From NCBI GenBank assembly GCA_964247055.1, contig OZ176052.1:4650001-4714000 (forward strand): a stretch of 64,000 nucleotides of DNA. The letters are read 5' to 3'. A model generated the notes under the pieces. That model was given only the letters and a program-made list of their open reading frames with translations. It ran no database searches and was not told the origin of the DNA. The first letter of the stretch is position 1, and every line of letters starts with the position of its first letter. This document shows positions 54,783-64,000 of this stretch, in pieces. Origin of the DNA: Paragordius varius. Its lineage: Eukaryota > Animalia > Nematomorpha. The position numbers were made by a program, and so were the translations under genes.

Positions 54783-55067
54783 CATTAAAAATGAAATTAT
54801 ATGAACAAAATTTTAAATATAAAGACAAATATTCTTTTCTAAAAAACCATACTTTTCGAATCTTGATTTTTTCAAATATAACTCATTGTTTTTCAATTGC
54901 AAAGTACATAATAGAGATGTATATTTATAACACAATTAATATGTATATTACGATTGTAATTAAATGATTTTTATAGGATAAATTAAAGTTTAAAAAAGTA
55001 TGGTTTACTTTTGATAAAAATACTTTTATAGTTTTACGTTTTGTCCGTATAATTTAAATTTTTACTG
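54783..55067. mobile_element. CAGTAAAA/TA MITE, copy 3 (left end decayed)
   Basis: Right end CGTTTTGTCCGTATAATTTAAATTTTTACTG|TA; left end TA|CATTAAAAATGAAATTATA. Confidence 0.75.
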
Positions 55068-55371
55068 TAAGTTATTTTACAACATATATCAATTGAAATT
55101 ACTGAATAAAAGGAGCTATTTAAACATGAATGAATTGCTAATATATTTTATACACTAATTTTAGAAAATATATGTTTCAACTAAAATTTTAATATAATAA
55201 AAATTTTGTATAACAAATGGTCCAATTTAAAACCCAATACTTCCAGAGATCACAAATAATAAATAAAGATGATATAATTTATTCATAAAACTGTAATCTT
55301 AATCAAAAGTTCAGTAAAAATTTAACATCCTCCATAAAAGCAATATTTTGTATTTTTAGTCTAAAATTAAA

Positions 55372-58023
55372 TTAAATTTTAAGCCTTTTTTCACCACATG
55401 AAAAGTTATAACTTTGCGTAAAAAATAAGGCTAAAATTTTCTTTATTTTTAGGGTTTGGAATAAAATTATAAAAAACCGTAGATGTTTTATGTTTTCCAA
55501 GTTTAATGGATGGAGATAATTTTTTGAAAATAAAATTTTCATTAGACAATTTGGATGTTGATGCGTTTCCATAGACCAGACTATTGGAATCCTCGTTCAA
55601 ATGTTTTACTATTTTGGACGAACTGTCTGAAAACAGTAAAGAATTGCTGATATCAGAAATATTGAATGATGGCATTTTCTAAATTTTACATATAAAAAAA
55701 GGAATTTTTTTCAAAAAAAGTAGTTATTAATTACAAAAATGTTATAAATATTATTGATATGCCCATTCTAATAAAAATTAAATGGCTGTAAATAAGGTGA
55801 TATTTAAAATTGAATATGTTACTTGCTAAAAATATTAAAAAAATTTACTAGGTAAATTTTATACACAAATTAAAACTTAAAATTGTAAATGATATTAGAA
55901 ACCAGGAAAAAAATTAAAATCCATGTTTTTAATCAATAAATAAACATTTTCAGTTGATGATAATAACTAATATACTGGCAATTATCAAATATACTTGTAT
56001 TATTTTTTCTTTCACATTATTGAGCGTGGCTAATGCACTCTGCCGTTTAATTATGTTAAAAGGCGTTTTAATTTCCTTTGTCTTGGATAAACCCAGTTGC
56101 TTAAAATGGTTTACACCAATCGTTGTTTCATTCTACATTAAAAAAGGATCAAAAATGAAAAAATATTTTTAAAAATACAATATTCGTATAGACTTTGTTA
56201 TCTAGAATCTTAAAGCTTATCTATAAAAAAAGTCTTATATTTCTGGATAATTAATATAAAAATCTGTGTTGGACCACCATTATAAACATGTCAAGAGCTT
56301 TTTAATATCATTAAAATTTATGTCTTTAAGTGATCAGAATCACATTTGTGTAATTAATGTTAAATTTGATGAAATTTCGCTGAAACAAACTCAATAATAA
56401 GAATAAGGCATTGAGTAAATTGTTATAATTCGATATGAAGCTGGTATAGTGATTTAGAGAGTTGAGAAATAATTCTGCCTTGTTCTAGTATTGAGGTTCT
56501 TGATATTAATATTTATGTTTTCTTAATGATTTTGTGTGTTATATTAATATTTCTGTTTCCTTTATGTTAATGTGTTCTTTTATGAATGTAATTAAATCAT
56601 ATAAAATCCAGAGGAACTGAATTATCTCGGCAGCATGCTGTTTGATGCGATTACTGAAAAAAGAGTTTGCAATGTTAAATATGAAATCTGCTTGATATTT
56701 GTGTTATTTGAGCAATACGAGGACAACACAGAATTATTTCCCAACTCTATAAATCACTATACCTTCACATAGAATTATTATCTGACTTTTATTTCACATC
56801 ATATTTTACCGTTTGTTTCGTAGTCGTACCATCAGTAACAACATTTGCCATTAATTGCTCACGTTCAAATCGAAATTTCATGCGTGTCATTTCGTTAGAA
56901 ATATCATCCTCCTTATTTTCAGTTTTATATACAGGAGCAGTTTCTTTAATTGTACATGCATTATTTCCCGCTGAGTTTTCGACATCAATGCCCATTGCAT
57001 TTTCCATTGTATTAGCAAATGGTAGTTTTGTCATTAATTGCATTTTGAGTTTTAACGGTTTATTTTGATGGCAGTCAAAGGAGGTGTTATTCTGATCAGT
57101 GTGATCTCCACTAATTTGTTTTCCATTGGCTATTTGGAGAGATTCGTCTGCTTCTTCTTCATCATCGGAAAAAAGTTTGTTGTTTTTACCAATATCTCCA
57201 CTGTTTTTCTCGGTAACTGAATAAAAAGATTCAAAACGAGTTAAAATTCAGAAAATTTATTGGCGGAAGGCGCCATCTCCTTATAAGTTATAAATCAAGA
57301 GGAGTAGAAATAGTTAGTCTACCAAGTTGCAGGTTGGACACACGTGGTAAACACTGTCAACAAAATTTGGGTTTTTCATAGTCTCTTAGGATGTAATTCC
57401 AACCTGTAACTAGGGAGGCTAACTATTTCTACTCCTCTTGATTTATGAGTTAAACCTCAATTGTTAGATAAAATAAATCCTATATTATAGTAAATACAAA
57501 AATTATAATGTACATTGCTATTAAATGAAATAGGTCATAATACAATCCTATATTTCTTAAAATACAACTAAAAGGGAACATTATAGTAAGAATGTAGATA
57601 TATTACCAAAAGAACGTAAAAATAGATAAACTTTTGCAATATGAACATTTTATACAAAAATAAGTGTAGAGATAACCTTCATCAAAATTCCATTTAAACC
57701 GTTTGACCCGTAAGTTTTTACCGTTTTCAGGATCATCTGGATCATCAAAGAATATTTCTTGTAGTGCTCGAATCTCTCGTTTATCCTGATCCAAAGTTAC
57801 TTTTCTAAATTTTATGACACAATACATCAAATAATTATATCTAAAAATTAAAACATCTTTAATAAAAAATATGAAAATATATGGTAAATTACCTATGTAT
57901 CCTTCCCAATTCATCCTTTAATTCCGTTTCGTCCATGTTAAAATTCTCAGCCTCAACATCGATTTCATAATCATCGTCTAGAGATTAATATAAAATAAAA
58001 TAAATTATTAAAGCTTTGGAAAC

Positions 58024-58067
<44 letters not shown>

Positions 58068-61000
58068 ATAAGTATACAATTTTTAAATTTATTATACCAT
58101 CATTTTCTAATTCATCTTTCCCCACATCGGATCCAGACAATTCTGCCTCTTCATCAATGTACTCATTTACTTCGATTCTAAACGATATCGTACAAAAATT
58201 AGTTTTAAATGCAACACAAACCCTGTTTTTGAAATCTAAAATGGTTTTGAAAACATGAGAGATTAGATTTGTAAATTAAAAATATGGAAAAAAAATTAAA
58301 TTTAAAAATAAATTATGTCAAATATACTATATTAATTAAATAAATTTGGTTTTAAATTTATTTACAATATATTTTTTTAATTAAATTATAAATTTTTGAT
58401 TTTGTTTCTTTGGTATTTCTTTCGAACGTGTGCATCGTATATTTAAAAGCCAATTTATAATATAAAATAACAACAAACCAACAGAACCAAAAAAATGTGT
58501 TACATTTTCGGCGAGAAGAAAATATAGTTTTAAAATAAATATTTTGGGTAATAAAATCCCCCAAATTTTTCAAACTTTACCTTTGTCAATGGCCACAAAT
58601 GCTGTAAAAATAAAATTGAAATGTTAAATTTTCACTATTTACATTTATTTTTAATGACCCTGAATAGGTCTTATTAGGAAAATTAGTATCAAGTATCAAA
58701 AAATTTCGCGAATCTTTTTGATTTTAATAAAGTATATGAGAGAAAATAAGTAAAAAATATACTTTTCCGGACGTCGTTTAACATATTCCAAGAATTCGTC
58801 TTCTTCGTCTCGATAACCGTCGTCTTTAAGTGATGTTCCTTCGTGTTCGTTTTGGCTGGAATTATCGCTTTCAATTTCATCCTCACTGCTATCTGAATTT
58901 TGACTCTTATCTTTGGCTAAACTCTGTTGCCGTTTAGAATTGGATATATTGCTAGCTTGGGAGTTATTTTGCCCAATATCTGAGTCTACATCGTCATCAT
59001 CAGAGTATTTGGAAACGTTATTACAATCAAACGTAGTATCTAAAAAAACGATACAATTATAAATATATTGATAAAATTAGTGTTATGATCGTATGTGAAA
59101 ACAGGCGATCGCTTTTATAAAAAAAGGTATCGTTTTAATTCGGAAATAACCATCTAAGATTTGGTTGGTACGTAAATCAATAAAAAATTATTACAAAAAT
59201 TTTTCATTTTATAATATTGTGGCTAATGCTAGTCGTTTTTAAAATGTTTGCTCAATATGGGTAGGTAAGATTAAAAAATATTTCCAATTTATACGCATGA
59301 ATATATATTGTACAAAAACAAATAAAACAAAAGTATATATGGGTTTTATATTAAAGGTATAAAATATAGAGCTATACAAATCACACATAAAATTTAAATA
59401 AAACCACGTATACCAAGTAAAAATTTATATTTGGTGTTATAAAGGAGTTATTATGTATTTAAAAATCCAAAATAAATTTTTTTAATAAAAATACAATTAA
59501 AGGAAAAATAATAAATCCACACGCCTAAAATATTATTTGCTATTATGATAATTTATTAATTTATATAATAAATATGTTACAGTTTGAAATGCTAAAATAG
59601 ATTATTTTAGAAATATATAGCAAAGTATAAGGGTTTTTTTAAAAACCGCATGTTTTGTAGATTAACACCCATAGATACTTAAAAAATAGAATATTATATA
59701 TATAGGGTGTTTTTATTAAAATTTGATATAACCGATCGGTAGGTCCTTGGCATTATTTTTGTCATCATTTTCGTTCCAAGAAATATTTGTCGTTTCTGTA
59801 TCACTACTAATTTTCTTGCTAAAGATTTTTGGTTTCTATTTATGTAAAATAGTAAGGGATTGTGAATTCGCAATAAAGTGTAAATAATTTATCATTTAAA
59901 AACTCTAATACAACATATACAATAAAAATTGTAATACAGACACGTAAAAATATAATGACAAATATTTTTTTGTAAAAGACCCCTGCATTTTTTTTAATTA
60001 AATTATTAAAAACCTAACTCATTGTTTGAAATTGCAGAGTGTGAATTAGAGATGTTTATTGGTAACAAATTATGCATTTACAATTGTAATTAAAATAATC
60101 CTAATAGAAAAAAATACGGTTTAAAAATATGGTTGTCTTTTTAAAAAAAACAACATTTGTGTGTATTACGCTTTGTCTGTAAATATAAATACTTAAAAGT
60201 CAAAAAATTATGATAACAATACCTGAACTTTTGTTAGTGGTTTAATACCATCAAGGTCTTCATCGTCAGAAGATAAAATAATTGTTTTTTTCATCTTGGG
60301 CTGACTATATACATATATTCAGAAATATATATATATATATATAATTAATAGTGATGAATCGTTTATGTTCCAATTTCTCAATTTTTTTGTTCCGTATTTT
60401 TTTTTAAAGAAAGATTTAAATCAGGGGTGTCCAGCACGCGGCCCTTCGAAATTCTTTGTACGGCCAGCATAAATTTGGAAATTCATTATTTGGAAAAATA
60501 TGATTATTACTTAAATGGATATAAGCATTTTTGTTTAGATTTTACAATCTTATATATGAAATCTAATAGATAGTTACACAATGATTCAAAATATCTGAAT
60601 CACGTAAATGAGGTGACAAATCAGTAAAAACGCAAAAATAAAAACGTTTTGACTAGTTGTTATCTTATTTGAATACGTCACCCTTATATTACCAGCTGAA
60701 AAAATAAAATTATTTTTCCACGCTCCACAGGTAGGGCGACTATATTTAACGATTCGAAATGCATATTGAATCTAAAATGGCAAAAACTAGCGTATGATTG
60801 GTTGGAAACCTTCTTTTTAATAATTTATATAAAGTTATGTAAAAAAATTTGAAATAAAGATACATTATAAACTATATATAGGCATCAAAACTTATTGCTT
60901 TAAATATTAACATACAGAGGGACAAATAACTAGATAGATAATAATTAGTAAAGTATATGCGTTTTGCAAAAAACTAAACCGAACCTCGGTAAAAAAAGAT

Positions 61001-62500
61001 ATTGTGACCACCCGAATTCGCGTTAAAAATGTCCAAGGACATATAGAAACCAAGTAAATTGTATAACTTTAATATGCATATATAAATAATTTAAAAACCC
61101 ATTATTTTCATTGACAACAGGAATGGACACGTTTGAATCCAAATTCTCATCATCGGTGAAACTACTATTGTTAAGAGATGGTGATTTTTGATTTATTACC
61201 ATTGGCGTACGATCAGGTGATAAGGTTACAGCCCCAATAGGTGTTAAAAGTTCACCCAACATACTAAGGTTATGTTGCGTGTTTTGTAAACTAAAATCAA
61301 GCATTTCTTTCCCATTGTTTTTATTTTCAAATGGATTGTTAATGCGATTCAGGATATTAGATGCGTTATCAAATGTTTTCACGTTTTCTTCGATTTGCGT
61401 TTGGGTTTCTTGTTGTTGTGAGAGACAATAGAACAGGAATTGGAAAAATCATCTTCAATTTCCACTTGATTGTCGCCAATGTTTTCTGGGTGTATTTTAA
61501 TTTCATAATAAAACTAACTAAATGTCATGAATTAACTTATTTGAGGGAGAAGAATTGGCTAATTTATATTTAATACTTAAACTATATTTTTCTGATTTCA
61601 AATAAAATAACCAAGTTTTATCAAATAAAAACGGTTAAATAGTCCCGTTTCTTTTCCCACCCTAATTTATTTAAGGAAACGTATAAATTTATACAATAAG
61701 CACACTTTTAATATATTTTATTTACCTGTTTCGTGTTTTTTGCTCGGTGACTGTATCCCAAATAATTTATTAACATTTCGACGAATTTCTTCTATTCTAA
61801 GGGTTTGGCTTTCGCTATCTACTTCGCTTTTTTCGGGCGTTTTAACATGCGAAAAATCAAATTTTAATATTTTTGCTGTTGCTGTTGTTGTACTGTTTGG
61901 GTCATCATTCTCAATACTAATTCCATTGTTCAGATTTTTTTGAGTTGTAAGACAGCGCGAAAAATAAGCACCCCAATCCAAAGCATCACATGCTGTTTCC
62001 TCCTCACCAAGGGTGGTGTTTTCTGCATGGTGTAAAAAAATATATTTAGTGATTTATTAAGTAAGTATTGAATCAAAATAATATAATACCTTTATTTAAT
62101 AGAACACAATGGCTATCATCAAACAAATGATAGTTTTCGAAATAGGGATCTTCACATAAATCAATTTTTAACAAAATCATAAGTGCATATTGAGCTTTTT
62201 TAAGCCTTATTACAATTTTTCTAAGAAATTTTTTTATGCGTAATAATTTGCTAAAATATATTTTAAAATTTCGAGAATAGAACAATGTTATGTGAAAAAT
62301 AATCGCTCAAATATTGGAATTTGTAGAATGTGATTTTAAAATCCTTTATGGTAAAACCTTTGTCCATATTATTTGATGATATAGCGCTATTAATAATTAG
62401 GGGTGTGGATTGCGAGGATTTAAATAGATCTATAGATCCAAGGGCTGATGATTGCATTTCCGAGTTAACAACTGACATCATCTCCAAACTGTTTATATTT
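55372..62500 (-). CDS. CLSPN: Claspin-like replication checkpoint mediator, multi-exon; 5' structure uncertain
   Basis: EYIDEEAELSGSDVG, LDQDKREIRALQEIFFDD..KRFKW and KFRFEREQL match the Claspin C-terminal region. Acidic/Ser-rich upstream exons. No Chk1-binding repeat recognised. Confidence 0.72.
56425..56783. repeat. Imperfect ~70-bp inverted repeat pair (MITE-like)
   Basis: GGTATAGTGATTTAGAGAGTTGAGAAATAATTCTG vs CAGAATTATTTCCCAACTCTATAAATCACTATACC. Confidence 0.75.
57291..57445. mobile_element. Small MITE with ~50-bp near-perfect TIRs
   Basis: TAAATCAAGAGGAGTAGAAATAGTTAG..GGTTGGA / TCCAACC..CTAACTATTTCTACTCCTCTTGATTTA. Confidence 0.8.
58026..58061. repeat. (TA)n microsatellite
   Basis: Uninterrupted TA run within a Claspin intron. 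Confidence 0.95.
60422..60480 (+). mobile_element. hAT MITE left-end fragment
   Basis: CAGGGGTGTCCAGCACGCGGCCC, as at 53391/53570. Confidence 0.6.
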
Positions 62501-64000
62501 TTGTTTTCTAAAAAAAGCGCAAAAAAGAAAATTATATGCAAAACATTTTTCAAAAAAACTTTCTATTAACACAATTTAATGGCGAGAATAACCATATCCC
62601 ACATTTACCCAATAAAAAATATGTAAATTTCTATATCCAAAAATTTATTTGGGACATTAAAACTAAACTTGAGGGCAGTTTATACTCGAGAAATTTTTAG
62701 CTATTTTTAACAATGTTACAATCAAATTTGTGATAAAAGCACGTCATGACAAATAAAACAGAATTGTAAAAAAGATAATTTTCGGTTTAATCAGGCTATA
62801 GGCGCTTTTTAATAAATAGTTTCATATGGATATACTTATATATGCGAATAAATAATATCATTCAAGAAGGCAAAATTTGATATCAAGCCACACAAAATTT
62901 CTAGTGGTAAAAAAATTGGTTGAAAATGTTTAATAATATTTTTGTCCACACCTCTGAATCAAAGATTATAAAATATGTAGGAAATATATTATTAAAATAA
63001 ATTCACAAAAATTAAATGCTATTATCATGTGCCTTTTTTAACAAGAAAAATAATTTATTATATTTATCATTTTTGATATTTATACAATAGAAATATTGGA
63101 CCTATAAAAAAACTACCCTATATAAGTCATTTGCACATTCATAAGGGAGAAAACGGTTGAAATAAAATAATTTAAGAAAAACCTTTTTATGGTCTATAAC
63201 CAACATGCATAATCAAAAGCTTAAAGATATCACTTTATTAGTTGAAAGGCAAAACAATGTATATAATTTTATAACAAAACTAATATCGACCATATAATGT
63301 GCTAGAGCTATTTAAATTAGCAAAAATAATGGTGATCAACGGTGAAGTAATATTAAATTGGTCATATTTTTCCCTGAAAAATAATTATTCGGCATTTGCG
63401 GTGTTTTATATCGTCTATAACCCGATTAAAATACCCTTAAATATAAATAAAATTTGATGTTTTCATGGAAAAATTACAAAAAACTTATAGAAAGCGATGA
63501 TATTTCCATCCAACGGATACGTCGGCCGTTTCCCCTTTTTAACTGTTTAGTCATTTTACGAAGTAGTGTTAGTGTATATATTTGTTCGCGATATCATATT
63601 ATTCATTATTTTTATACGAAATAATTTTCCTCAAAATCACATTTCAAAAATATTTATTCTATTCTCATTCGTTAAATGGTCAAAATATTATCCCTTTTTA
63701 AAATAACTTCACAAAAACTATCCTTAAAAGTCCATGACAGAAACAAATGGGGGAAGTTTTACTATAAAATCGCTAAATGTTGTTAATAGACTACAAGCCA
63801 ACCAACCATAATAAAAGCTACAAAATTCGTAGCATTTATGGGTTAATTATCCCTTTTAACAGATGTGCCTCTATGAAATTTGTATCAAAACAAATTTTGT
63901 AAATTTTGAAAATCATAGGTTTGTATTAAACAAAAAAACGATGCACACTTATATTTGTTATAATGTTCGCAGATGTGCATATTTGAATACTTTACACTAT

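Overview
Very AT-rich eukaryotic (animal-type) genomic DNA in the standard genetic code. Intron sizes are bimodal: many GT-AG introns are only 21-31 nt, while the long introns are filled with transposons. Recognisable genes are mitochondrial IleRS (IARS2), SMPD4, RPB9/POLR2I, NELF-B, NDUFA8, JMJD4, tRNA-Ser(AGA) and Claspin, plus an unidentified signal-peptide gene with FN3-like exons. The main structure is a ~9.2-kb palindromic Tc1/IS630-type element (8388-17568, TA TSD, ~2.3-kb arms) carrying four transposase-derived segments in alternating orientation. It probably lies in the last intron of SMPD4, which would make it a hairpin-RNA (Mu-killer-like) locus. A near-intact RTE retrotransposon is inserted in its left arm. 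The first ~60 nt of that RTE fold into a minimal HDV-like ribozyme lacking P4, with the predicted cleavage site exactly at the TSD boundary. Also present are an intron-containing Tc1-like transposase, hAT elements, and several MITE families (piggyBac-like TTAA, CAGTAAAA/TA, 21-bp-repeat, long foldback). All alignments were done by eye. Gene and family names come from remembered motifs, not database searches.
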